Positions 27,969 to 37,117 of a stretch of DNA of 64,000 bases are shown here, piece by piece (the first letter of the stretch is position 1; the number at the start of each line of letters is the position of its first letter). The DNA lies in contig DCUM01000063.1 of NCBI GenBank assembly GCA_002327255.1, forward strand, positions 151-64,150, written 5' to 3'. This DNA comes from a bacterium UBA2214. Lineage in GTDB: Bacteria; Zhuqueibacterota; Zhuqueibacteria; Residuimicrobiales; Residuimicrobiaceae. Under the pieces are notes generated by a model, which worked only from the letters and a program-made list of their open reading frames with translations, did no database searches and had not been told where the DNA came from. The position numbers and the translations under genes are program-made.

Positions 27969-29168
27969 TTACTGGGCGAGAAGCCTCTGCCGGATTAATA
28001 ACAGGTCGCCGCGCTGTAAAAATATTTTATGGGTAATCACAGCCGGCGCGATCAGCTGCTGCTGTGCCGGAGATGTTTCATTCATCAGGAGAGACTTTTT
28101 TTTTTCGCCATTGCCCCGCTTAAAAAAGGATGCAATTCTTGAATAGGGGTCTTTATGCATCTCCCGCGCATGGGCAACACGCATCATGATATTTTGAGCC
28201 ATTATATCCTGAGAAGTGATGGCGGCGGCGTGCGCGGTGATCACGCCGCGCTCCAGCAGATTTTGCAGTGCTTCCAGTACGCGCAATTCATCATTTCTGC
28301 TGGCAGATATCAGCAGACGCAACGGTTGTGGCTTTCTCAGCAAGGCCAAAATCTGCCGCTCCAGGTCGCTCAGTGCTTCGGTTGCGATGTCGCTTTTACG
28401 GCTGAGTATGCTGTCCATCGGCGGCATTTGATTGGCACGCTCCTTATAGGCATGTATTCGCTGCGAACCGGAAACCAGCAATTCCCGGGTCGAGCGGTTA
28501 ATCTGGCGCGCCCGTTGAAAAGTTGAAATCTCCAAATCAAAATATCCGTGCAGCCACATCATCAAATTTTGCAAAGCCTCCTCGGCGCTTAAATCATGCA
28601 GTGCCGCGTCCACCACTTCGCCCTGCTGGATGTAGACATATCCCTCCTCCGGATCACGAAACAGGTGTATGATTGCCGACTTGTTGCCAAGCTCCAGCGT
28701 CTGGATGAGGTCCATGAGATTCATATCTTCCAAACTGCCGGTAAATCCATGCGTGCGTTGCAAGCCGCCCGTCTGACGTTCGAGCTCCTGAAGGATGGCA
28801 TCGACCCGAACCGCGACTTCTTCAGGATAATAAGGCTTTGCGATATAGTCATCAATGTCAAATTGCAATATTTTCAGCCTGTCTTCCAACTCGTTGACGC
28901 GCGCCAGCAAAATAAAGGGAATGTTTTTGCCCATGGGGTGTTCCCGGAGCTTGTGAAACAGGGAGATGCCATCGATGTTTTCCTGCGTGACCTCACTTAA
29001 AATCAATGCCGGCGGATGTTGAATGCAGAGATGGTAGGCGTGTTCACTATCCGAAACGAGCTCGGCATTTATCTGATAGTCCCCCAGCACCTTGATCAGC
29101 TGGGCCGTCTCAGAAGAAGCGAGATCGAGCAGGAGGAGCTTCGGGTGTTTTGTACTTCCATTGTTCAT
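27969..29168 (-). CDS. Response regulator receiver plus DUF4388 domain protein
   Basis: REC (KLLLLDLAS...DDYIAKPY) followed by DUF4388 (GSLEDMNLMDLIQTLELGNKSAIIHL). ATG at 29168 (MNNGSTK) avoids overlap with the upstream gene. Confidence 0.7.
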   Translation of the reverse strand: MNNGSTKHPKLLLLDLASSETAQLIKVLGDYQINAELVSDSEHAYHLCIQHPPALILSEVTQENIDGISLFHKLREHPMGKNIPFILLARVNELEDRLKILQFDIDDYIAKPYYPEEVAVRVDAILQELERQTGGLQRTHGFTGSLEDMNLMDLIQTLELGNKSAIIHLFRDPEEGYVYIQQGEVVDAALHDLSAEEALQNLMMWLHGYFDLEISTFQRARQINRSTRELLVSGSQRIHAYKERANQMPPMDSILSRKSDIATEALSDLERQILALLRKPQPLRLLISASRNDELRVLEALQNLLERGVITAHAAAITSQDIMAQNIMMRVAHAREMHKDPYSRIASFFKRGNGEKKKSLLMNETSPAQQQLIAPAVITHKIFLQRGDLLLIRQRLLAQ

Positions 29169-29184
29169 CCAATCACCCTCAGTT

Positions 29185-31341
29185 TCAGCGCGACGGCTTT
29201 GCAGTTTGTGCTGCAGACATGTTTTTGGTGCGTGGTTTGTTGGACCCTGTATCGAATAGACGAAAGACAATTCGCCGGGTGGTTTCAATCGACAGTTCAT
29301 GTACAAAATGCAGCTTATCCCTCTCCCGCAGATGCAGTTTTTGGCGGATACTCCCCTCATCCTGAGGATGCTGCAAATAATCGTTATAGGCGAATACGAT
29401 CATGGAGGGTGTAGATATCTTTTCGTTGAGTACCTGCAACAGATATCGGTAGTACCCCCAATCCACGCGCCGGCCATCGATCAGGAGAATATATCCCAAC
29501 AATGATTTTGAAAAATAATCGATGATGGGTGCGAATTCGTGCCTGAGCGATAACGCGACCAGATTGAGAAGATGCCCCCCCTTGAATTCCGCTGTTCCCA
29601 GACTCAGATCAGAAACCTGGGGCATGAAGGCAGCCTTTTGCAAAAGCTGCCCGGCCGTCAGACTCGATACCATCTGCCGGCGTAGATCCGAGTTGTTGCT
29701 GAGCACCAGAATAATGCCATGGGCGCGCTTGAAACGCTCCTGCAGGTATGTCTCCTCTTCAAGCGCATGAATTTCTGAATCGTCCGCCACTGCTTCGTAT
29801 AGACCGGGCGCCGATGGCGCATCCTTGCGCGGCGTTGGCTCAGCGTACGCCGGTTCCGGGAAATCGGGTGATGGGGGTTCCTCCTCCTCTGGCTCTTCGC
29901 TGTTGACATGCAATAGCGCATCGGCCGGATGCCGGGTTTCGAGCACCTGTAAATTGGGGAAAAGCGCGCCGCCATCCACATCCCGGCTTTCGTTAAAGAG
30001 ATCACGCCCTTCTTCGTCTGCATGGCGGAGATCGTAAAAGAGGTCCTTTTCCAACCCGGTGTCTCCCGTGAGAGTCGATAAATCGGGCGCGATCAGGTCG
30101 AACTCTTCCATTTCCATGACCGGGGGTTGGGAGGGATGCGGCACTCCGCTTTCCTGCAAAGGCTCAACCGCAAGCGGCTCTTCCGGTTCAATATCTTCCT
30201 CAACGGGGGAAAGCAACTGTTCTACACTTTCAGCCGTCCATTTGGTTTCAAAGGGAATGGCCGTTTCATCTGCGTCCGACCCCGGTGCGGGCTGCGGGAT
30301 TTCTCTCTTCGGGGGGGGGGCCGGCGGCACACGATGCAGCACAGGCTGTTCGCTCGCTTCCTCCTCTTCCTCCTCGGTCGCAGAAGCGGTGGATGAAAAA
30401 TCGCGCAAGGTGTGTAAAAATCCCAGCTCATAGAGTTTGCGGATGCGTTGCAGGGAGGTAATTTCGTCGTATTTGCTCTCGTCAATAATCCGCCCCAGCG
30501 TGCGCTCACCATCGAATAAAGAGACAAAATACTCGAGGTCTGCGGCAAGTGCCTTCCTGGCAATGATCTTTTTAAAATTGGCGGTGGTAACCAGGACGGC
30601 TTCCAGTGAGGGGAGGTATTTTAATACTTGTTCACGCTGTTCCATTCTCTTGGCTCCCTGCAATAACAACCCCATGTTACTGACGCCGATCTCGTCCGTT
30701 GTCTCTACCGGAGAAAAAAGCATGGAAAAACGGCCTTTCCTCCACGATATCATTTTGTAAACGGCTTCTTCGTTATGATGGAGACCTGTTGCGGCTTCGA
30801 CGACGGCGCCTTCGCGAAAAAAAACCCGTCCGGAGGCGCCGTTTTCACTGTACAGGCTCAGAACGCCCGTTTTCCGTTCCGCGCCAAAAGCTTCAATCAG
30901 TTCGACCAGCCCCAAATCCGCCAACGTTCCCATAAAATGAGAACGGGGTTTTATCTCATGGTGACGGTTGACGCGCGCAAGGATCATCTTCACCCGTGCG
31001 ATAATTTCGCGCACATGAATGGGTTTGATGATATAATCCTTTGCCCCCAGCTTAAAAGCCTTGACCCGGTTCCAAACATCACTCTTCTGCGTGAGAAAGA
31101 TGACGGTGCTGTCGCGGTTGAGCGTTGTTTTGAGGGATTGTTCGAGGATTCGATAACCATCGATGCCGGGGGCAGCAATTTCGGTAAGAATGGCAGAAAA
31201 TGCTTCTTGGCTGATTTTTTCCAACGCTTCGGCATCTGTGACTGACGCATCGACCTCGAAACCCGCTTCCATCAGATTGTTGCGCAGGATGCGAATGTTT
31301 TTAGGGTCTTGATCGATGAGAAGTATCTTTTGCGAAGCCAT
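29185..31341 (-). CDS. Response regulator receiver plus DUF4388, with an acidic/Pro-rich linker and a C-terminal degenerate GTPase-like domain
   Basis: REC (ILLIDQDP...DYIIKPI), DUF4388 (GTLADLGLVELIEAFGAERKTGVLSL), a roughly 200-aa E/P-rich low-complexity region, and a C-terminus with ILVLSNNSD, LLIDG and FAYND G-motif-like strands. ATG at 31341. Confidence 0.7.
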   Translation of the reverse strand: MASQKILLIDQDPKNIRILRNNLMEAGFEVDASVTDAEALEKISQEAFSAILTEIAAPGIDGYRILEQSLKTTLNRDSTVIFLTQKSDVWNRVKAFKLGAKDYIIKPIHVREIIARVKMILARVNRHHEIKPRSHFMGTLADLGLVELIEAFGAERKTGVLSLYSENGASGRVFFREGAVVEAATGLHHNEEAVYKMISWRKGRFSMLFSPVETTDEIGVSNMGLLLQGAKRMEQREQVLKYLPSLEAVLVTTANFKKIIARKALAADLEYFVSLFDGERTLGRIIDESKYDEITSLQRIRKLYELGFLHTLRDFSSTASATEEEEEEASEQPVLHRVPPAPPPKREIPQPAPGSDADETAIPFETKWTAESVEQLLSPVEEDIEPEEPLAVEPLQESGVPHPSQPPVMEMEEFDLIAPDLSTLTGDTGLEKDLFYDLRHADEEGRDLFNESRDVDGGALFPNLQVLETRHPADALLHVNSEEPEEEEPPSPDFPEPAYAEPTPRKDAPSAPGLYEAVADDSEIHALEEETYLQERFKRAHGIILVLSNNSDLRRQMVSSLTAGQLLQKAAFMPQVSDLSLGTAEFKGGHLLNLVALSLRHEFAPIIDYFSKSLLGYILLIDGRRVDWGYYRYLLQVLNEKISTPSMIVFAYNDYLQHPQDEGSIRQKLHLRERDKLHFVHELSIETTRRIVFRLFDTGSNKPRTKNMSAAQTAKPSR

Positions 31342-31695
31342 AGGTTGCTTTTCCGGGTTGCCGATCGCCAAAATATATATTAAACCGATAAAAATGTATT
31401 CAAAAAATTGCCCTATGTCAAGCGTTTTCTAAATAAAAAAGAGACAGCCTGGCGACCGCCGGCTATCTCACCAACACGATATCCCTGTTCACGCCATGCG
31501 ATCCGGATGCCCCCGCAAACCGCAAACAGCGCCAGGCACACCTCTGCCAGGCAAATGACAAACAACTCCAGGCTTGCAGCGGCTATCATCATGAAGCGCA
31601 CAGAGCGGAGAGGCGCAAGACATTAAATTAATTATACTTAATAGATGGTTTCGCTTTGTGTGATACGCAGTCGAGGGGTTTTTGAATTTTTCCGG

Positions 31696-32340
31696 TTAGA
31701 CAATCAGGGCCTGGATTTTATCCATGACGCGCTGAGGCTTCTTCTTTTTACTCGCCACCGCCAAATAACAAAGTTGATTATGCAAATTCTCAAAATGGGT
31801 CAATGGAATTTTCGCAAAACCATAGCCGTTAAAAACCGGTTGTTGTCCAATCACCGGGAAAAATAGGGTCCATTGATCACAATTTTTATGACGTGGTGAC
31901 TGCAAAAAAAGCAAAAGTTCCTTGCGCTGGGGATCTGAATAGAGCATGATGCCGAAACCATCGCCGGGCAGATCAAAATCAATCAACTGACTTTTACTGC
32001 CATCGCCATTGGCTGCAAATGCCAGCGTCGCCAGAAAAGCATTTCCTGCGAATCCGCTATGGTTGGGTTGGGGGATGCATATCAACAGGCCATACTTGAC
32101 CTGCCGCGAGGCTCGATGTTTGGCATATTCTATCAGTTGGGGGGGGAAGGAGTTGTCGAGCTCCCGTGATAGCGTGGCATAGAATGCTCTGAAATGGCGG
32201 TATTTGCGCTGACAGCGCGGACAACGCGGAAGATGGTCTCTGATGATCGCTCTGGTTTTGTCCGCGGCCATCTCATCCAGAGTAAATAATTCGAGCTCTC
32301 GATTGCTGGGGCAGCCGCGTTTGAAATCATGCTCGCTCAT
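31696..32340 (-). CDS. Anti-sigma factor-like protein (zf-HC2 N-terminal domain)
   Basis: CPSNRELELFTLDEMAADKTRAIIRDHLPRCPRCQ matches the zf-HC2 putative zinc-finger of anti-sigma factors. Confidence 0.6.
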   Translation of the reverse strand: MSEHDFKRGCPSNRELELFTLDEMAADKTRAIIRDHLPRCPRCQRKYRHFRAFYATLSRELDNSFPPQLIEYAKHRASRQVKYGLLICIPQPNHSGFAGNAFLATLAFAANGDGSKSQLIDFDLPGDGFGIMLYSDPQRKELLLFLQSPRHKNCDQWTLFFPVIGQQPVFNGYGFAKIPLTHFENLHNQLCYLAVASKKKKPQRVMDKIQALIV

Positions 32341-32438
32341 TATCTGTTCTCATCCAGGCTAGGCCCGGCTCCCTGTTTGTTACACCCTCCTATTACTAAT
32401 ATGTAACATACAGACAATGGCGAGTTTTCACGGAAAAT

Positions 32439-33521
32439 TTACAACATTTCACACAAATATTTTCTAAATTCTTTTTTGGCCAGCTTGGCCAGATACTCAA
32501 AGACAGATCTTTCCTGCTGCCGGTACTCCTTTTGCGTCAGGCCGCTGATATAAAATTTGAGATTTTTATAATAGGAGGATGTGTCGCGTTTTTGAATCAG
32601 ATCGTAAAGCACATCGCGCAGGGCCTGATGATAGATGACGGCTTTGTCAGTATTCAATTTACGCGTGCGTAAATACTGCAAATCGAGCCGGGCCCAGATA
32701 CTTGCCATCACGACATCAATATATTCTTCCATCTCTTTGGTTTCCAGATGGTCCGCGGGGGTGGGCACATTTTCGTTGATGGTGATCTTTTCCCGGCAGG
32801 CATCAAATTTTGCATAACGTACCAGCTTGACCAGTGTCTCCAGAGAGACAAAATTTTGATACCCCTGCAGGGATGCCATGGAGAGCAAAAGTTTGCGAAT
32901 CGAGGCGGAAACAGAGTCGCTGGAATGAAAATTATCGAGAAACACTTTATAGATCAGCTCATCCTGCATGGGCGGCGCGCTGCGACGCAACTGCCGCTGC
33001 ATGGCGGCCGTCAATGAAAAAGATTCTTCCCATTTGGGAAACGTTCCCTGAAAGACAAACTCCTTGCCAAGCTCCCGGAAGATGTGCAAATCCGCCGCTG
33101 TGCGAATGGCCACTTTGATATTGCGGACAATCTTGGCGCCTTCCGGATCACGTTCGCGAAAAATGCGTGAAAGTTCCTGCTTGGTTTTTCTGACGATCAA
33201 TCTCCGCGTCAGAATCAGCACTTCCGCATCATCAATGACCGGCATTTCTGCAAACTTGCCCTCATAATACTTTTTCAGCTGGGTAAATTGTCCTCCCTGG
33301 TCGCGGCCGAAAAGCTCGGCGATGCAATCCATCGCCAAATCCGCCAGTTCCAGATCGGCCGCAAAGGAATGGCCACTGATTCGCTTGCCCAGCATCTCCT
33401 GGTACTTGAGGTAGCTCAGCGAGATCTTTTGCGCCAAATGTATATACTGAATCAGTTCCGCCTGGCTGTAGTTGCCCGAGCAAATACCGGTTACCAATTT
33501 CGTCAAGTTCGCAGTTTTCAT
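32439..33521 (-). CDS. Hypothetical 360-aa protein in the position expected for the cognate sigma factor; no family recognised
   Basis: Coding-like composition and synteny directly upstream of the anti-sigma-like gene. An N-terminal AADLELADLAMDCIAELF stretch is only faintly reminiscent of sigma region 2. Confidence 0.5.
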   Translation of the reverse strand: MKTANLTKLVTGICSGNYSQAELIQYIHLAQKISLSYLKYQEMLGKRISGHSFAADLELADLAMDCIAELFGRDQGGQFTQLKKYYEGKFAEMPVIDDAEVLILTRRLIVRKTKQELSRIFRERDPEGAKIVRNIKVAIRTAADLHIFRELGKEFVFQGTFPKWEESFSLTAAMQRQLRRSAPPMQDELIYKVFLDNFHSSDSVSASIRKLLLSMASLQGYQNFVSLETLVKLVRYAKFDACREKITINENVPTPADHLETKEMEEYIDVVMASIWARLDLQYLRTRKLNTDKAVIYHQALRDVLYDLIQKRDTSSYYKNLKFYISGLTQKEYRQQERSVFEYLAKLAKKEFRKYLCEML

Positions 33522-33837
33522 ACCCGTACGTCACAATCCCTTTTACTTCAATAACCACCCTCTGCCCACCCGCAAGCCCCTCCCCTGTGACGTTCTTTCC
33601 CGGCGCTTCATCTCATCACAGACCATTGCAGGGCATTCCGCCCGGTTTGTACGAAAAAAACCATCCTTCCCGAATGCGTTCTGACGTCGCACACTCCGGC
33701 GTTCACATACTCTGCGCAAATCATGTACCAAGAATTATAAAAACAGGGTTTTTCTAAGTATTTGAATTTATTGGGGAGAATTGTGAGGTAGATCAAAATT
33801 TCTGGCTATTACTGTTTTTGGGTGAGACACTGTATCG

Positions 33838-33873
33838 CAATAAAACAAAAAAGCCGGATGGAATCCATCCGGC
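33838..33873 (-). terminator. Rho-independent terminator downstream of the NtrC-family gene
   Basis: On the minus strand, GCCGGATGG-att-CCATCCGGC followed by TTTTTTGTTTTATT. Confidence 0.6.
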
Positions 33874-33899
33874 GATATCATGTCGCGCAATTTTTCTGA

Positions 33900-35288
33900 T
33901 TACCCCTTGATCATCGGCAGGCCATATTTCTTCGCTTTGCGATAAATCGTGGCGCGGCCGATACCCAGTTTTTTGGCGGTTTGCGAAATATTCCCTTCGC
34001 ATTCCAGCAGGGCCTGCCGCAGCGCCTCTTCCTCCAGTTTTTCAATCCAGCTGGCCAGTGTGTTATCGGATTCGTAAATGCGCTTTTCACCCAGAGAACG
34101 AACCGCGACGGGCAAATCCTTGGCGCTGATTTCATGGGTTACGGCCAGCACGACGGCTCTCTCCATGGCATTTTCCAGTTCCCGGACATTTCCGGGCCAA
34201 TTATAGGCCATCATCAGATCCAGCGCATCCGAGGAGATGCCTTCGATGGGTTTGCCTTCCTGCTTGCTGAACTTTTGCAGAAAATGCGCCGCCAGCAGGG
34301 GAATATCTTCCTTGCGTTCCCGCAGGGGCGGCAATTTGATGGGAAACACGGCAATCCGATAATAGAGGTCTTCGCGAAAATCACCGCGTTTCATCTCCTC
34401 TTCCAGATCCTTGTTGGTCGCGGAGATCACCCGTACATCCACTTTCACCAGTTCGTTTCCCCCGACGCGCTCGAACTCCCGTTCCTGAAGCACCCGCAGC
34501 AACTTGGATTGCGTCGCCGGCGTCATCAGGCCGATTTCATCGAGAAAAATCGTGCCGCCATTGGCCTGCTCAAACTTGCCCACACGCCGGCCCAGCGCGC
34601 CGGTGAAGGCGCCTTTTTCATGACCAAAAAGCTCGCTCTCCAGCAGCGATTCGGGAAGGGCGGAACAGTTCACCGCGACAAACGGATTTCCCGCCCGCGC
34701 AGAGGAATGATAATGAATGGCGCGCGCGATCAGTTCCTTGCCCGTACCGCTCTCACCATTGATCAGAACCGTCACATTGCTGTTGATCACTTTTTCGACC
34801 GAACGAAAGACTTCCTGCATGACGCCGCTCTGACCAATGATATTGTCAAACGTATATTTGCTGCGCAATTCCGAACGCAGCTCATCCACCTCGCGGCGCA
34901 GAGAACTGTTCACCAGGGCGTTGTTGACCGTGACGATCAGACGTTCCCGCGCAAATGGTTTGGTGAGAAAATCATACGCGCCCAATTTCATGCTGGTCAC
35001 CGCGCGCTCGATCGTCCCGTGCGCGGTCATCATGATCACCGGCAAGTGGGGATTGTCCTCTCTGATCTTTTGCAAGGTCTCGATGCCATCGATCCCCGGC
35101 ATCTGAATATCCAGTAAAACCAGATCGGGCGGCGTTTCCTTGATGGTTTTCAGGCAGGATTCCCCACTCAACGCGCTGTCTGTTTCGTAACGTTTTTCTT
35201 TACGAAGACTCGCCTCTATCATTTTGCAGATATTCTTATCGTCATCGACAATAAGAATGGTAGCTCTGTTCATGTTTTCATCAACCAT
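33900..35288 (-). CDS. Sigma54-dependent transcriptional response regulator (NtrC family: REC, AAA+, HTH)
   Basis: ILIVDDD REC, GESGTGKE Walker A, the GAFTGA sigma54-contact motif, and a C-terminal Fis-type HTH. ATG at 35288 has GGAG 6 nt upstream. Confidence 0.9.
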   Translation of the reverse strand: MVDENMNRATILIVDDDKNICKMIEASLRKEKRYETDSALSGESCLKTIKETPPDLVLLDIQMPGIDGIETLQKIREDNPHLPVIMMTAHGTIERAVTSMKLGAYDFLTKPFARERLIVTVNNALVNSSLRREVDELRSELRSKYTFDNIIGQSGVMQEVFRSVEKVINSNVTVLINGESGTGKELIARAIHYHSSARAGNPFVAVNCSALPESLLESELFGHEKGAFTGALGRRVGKFEQANGGTIFLDEIGLMTPATQSKLLRVLQEREFERVGGNELVKVDVRVISATNKDLEEEMKRGDFREDLYYRIAVFPIKLPPLRERKEDIPLLAAHFLQKFSKQEGKPIEGISSDALDLMMAYNWPGNVRELENAMERAVVLAVTHEISAKDLPVAVRSLGEKRIYESDNTLASWIEKLEEEALRQALLECEGNISQTAKKLGIGRATIYRKAKKYGLPMIKG

Positions 35289-35400
35289 GCAACGCTCCAA
35301 ACTTGACGGGGAGGTATCGATGCTTAACATAAGGCTGCTAAACTAATCATACCAAAATTTTCACAAAATAGCAAGCGTTTTTTGTCTTACTTTGATACAC

Positions 35401-36423
35401 TCATAAAATGCCGCTGCAAAGGTTGCTCAAAAGGGTGTCGGCGCTACGGACGTCTTCAGGTTGGATGGTGATTTCGAGGCAGTACCAATACGGGGGCAGA
35501 TCAAACACGGGGGCGATCTTGACCCAATCTTTTAAGGTGGTGATAATCATATCCGCCCGATAATGCGTTTTCACCGATTCCAGTTCCTCTATGTCCCGCT
35601 GCCTGTATCTATGATGATCCTTGAATGACCGCCAATGACGGACATCGATGCCCTGCGACTGAACTGTTTGCACAAAACCATACGGATGTGCCAATCCGCA
35701 AAAAACGATCGCGCGACGCGATCCCGCTTTCCCGGATGCCGGCGCTGTTTCATTCCGTAAACCTTGCGCTACTATCCGGGCTTCGATCGATGGCCTGACA
35801 AATCCGATTTTCAAATCAGCGGCTCTGACCTCATTGAACCAGAACAAATCGGCGCGGGCCAGGTTGTGCAAAGGCTCGCGCAAAGGCCCTGCCGGGAGCA
35901 GCCAGCCGTTGCCGAAGGTCTCCTTGCCCTTGAAAGTGACAACATCCACATCCCGATGCAACTGGCGGTGCTGGAAGCCATCATCCAGAAGAATGACCTC
36001 CGCATGCAACTGGCGGCACGCCCACGCACCGCCGCGGTGGCGGTTGGCGTCGACCACCACGGCGACTCCGGGCGCTTGCCGCGCCATCATCACGGGCTCG
36101 TCACCGCCTTCCTGCGCATTGGCGTGAATACGTTCGCCGTCGGAAACCAGCACCGTCCCGCTGCTCGTACGGCCATAGCCGCGACTGAGAATACAGACTT
36201 TTTTAGCGCGCGCCTGCAGCCAGTGTGCCAGATAGAGGGTGGTCGGGGTTTTGCCCGTGCCGCCCACGGTGATATTGCCGATGCTGATCACCGGCACATC
36301 AAGCCGGTTGATGCGACCCTTTCCCCGTTCGTAGGCCCGATTGCGATGTTGCACCACCGCACCGTAGATTTGTGAAAGCGGCCACAGCAGAACAGCGGGC
36401 CACTTATGCTGAAAATAGCGCAT
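35401..36423 (-). CDS. lpxK: Tetraacyldisaccharide 4'-kinase
   Basis: GNITVGGTGKTP P-loop characteristic of LpxK. Confidence 0.85.
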   Translation of the reverse strand: MRYFQHKWPAVLLWPLSQIYGAVVQHRNRAYERGKGRINRLDVPVISIGNITVGGTGKTPTTLYLAHWLQARAKKVCILSRGYGRTSSGTVLVSDGERIHANAQEGGDEPVMMARQAPGVAVVVDANRHRGGAWACRQLHAEVILLDDGFQHRQLHRDVDVVTFKGKETFGNGWLLPAGPLREPLHNLARADLFWFNEVRAADLKIGFVRPSIEARIVAQGLRNETAPASGKAGSRRAIVFCGLAHPYGFVQTVQSQGIDVRHWRSFKDHHRYRQRDIEELESVKTHYRADMIITTLKDWVKIAPVFDLPPYWYCLEITIQPEDVRSADTLLSNLCSGIL

Positions 36424-37066
36424 CCGCCTCCCTCTCCAGCGCCTCGAGGCGCTGCTGGACGTGCTGCCGGAAGGTTTCCAACTCCTCCGTCTTCAAGTCC
36501 GCGGGCACTTTGAACGGCTCGCCGTAAATCAGACACAGCCGCGAGAACGGCCACCACAGGGTAAAACGGTCCCAGCTTTTCAATACAATGGGCCGGCTGG
36601 CGGCAAAGGTCATGGGAAGCAGATAACAGTTGGCGCGCATCGCCAACAGTAACGCCCCCATCTTGAATTCATGACAAGGACCTTTGGGACCATCCGGCAG
36701 GATGGCACAAATCTTCTTCTGCCGCAATGCGGCCATCATACCCCGGAAGGCCTGGCGTCCCCCACGCGTGCTCGAACCACGCACCGTGACATAACCGAGA
36801 CGATGTACCGTCTGTGCGATCATCTCACCATCCTGATGTTCGCTCACCATGGCCACAACCCCGAGGTTGCGGTGCAGGTAGATGGGCAGCAGCATCTTCC
36901 CGTGCCAGATAGGCGCCAGAAATCCCTCGCCACTGGCCACGACCCGTTTCCAGTGATGCCGGTTTTTTAGGGTGATGCGGCCGATTTTGCCAAGGAACAG
37001 AATGAACAGCCAGGCCACGCGCGTTGCCAGGTAAAAGTACCACTTGTGCGGTTTTTGTTCAGTCAT
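36404..37066 (-). CDS. DUF374-type lysophospholipid acyltransferase-like protein
   Basis: DUF374/LPLAT-like sequence (ILPDGPKGP) that is often linked to Kdo-transferase/lipid A genes. Start at the MTEQK ATG. Confidence 0.6.
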   Translation of the reverse strand: MTEQKPHKWYFYLATRVAWLFILFLGKIGRITLKNRHHWKRVVASGEGFLAPIWHGKMLLPIYLHRNLGVVAMVSEHQDGEMIAQTVHRLGYVTVRGSSTRGGRQAFRGMMAALRQKKICAILPDGPKGPCHEFKMGALLLAMRANCYLLPMTFAASRPIVLKSWDRFTLWWPFSRLCLIYGEPFKVPADLKTEELETFRQHVQQRLEALEREADALFSA

Positions 37067-37117
37067 GACAGTATACGGATAAAAGTGAGTATCCCCTGTG
37101 CCTGGAATCACAGAAGC

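Noticed and set aside
31413-31601. 62-aa hydrophobic ORF (minus strand) in the 324-nt region upstream of the 728-aa response-regulator gene.
   Set aside because: It could be a small membrane peptide, but it has no Shine-Dalgarno site, lies in a promoter-like region and is overlapped by an equally long plus-strand ORF, so it is most likely spurious.
31372-31695. Sigma54-like GGCAC-N5-TGCC element at about 31525-31545.
   Set aside because: The GG to GC spacing is off by one, and it is on the wrong strand relative to the adjacent minus-strand genes.
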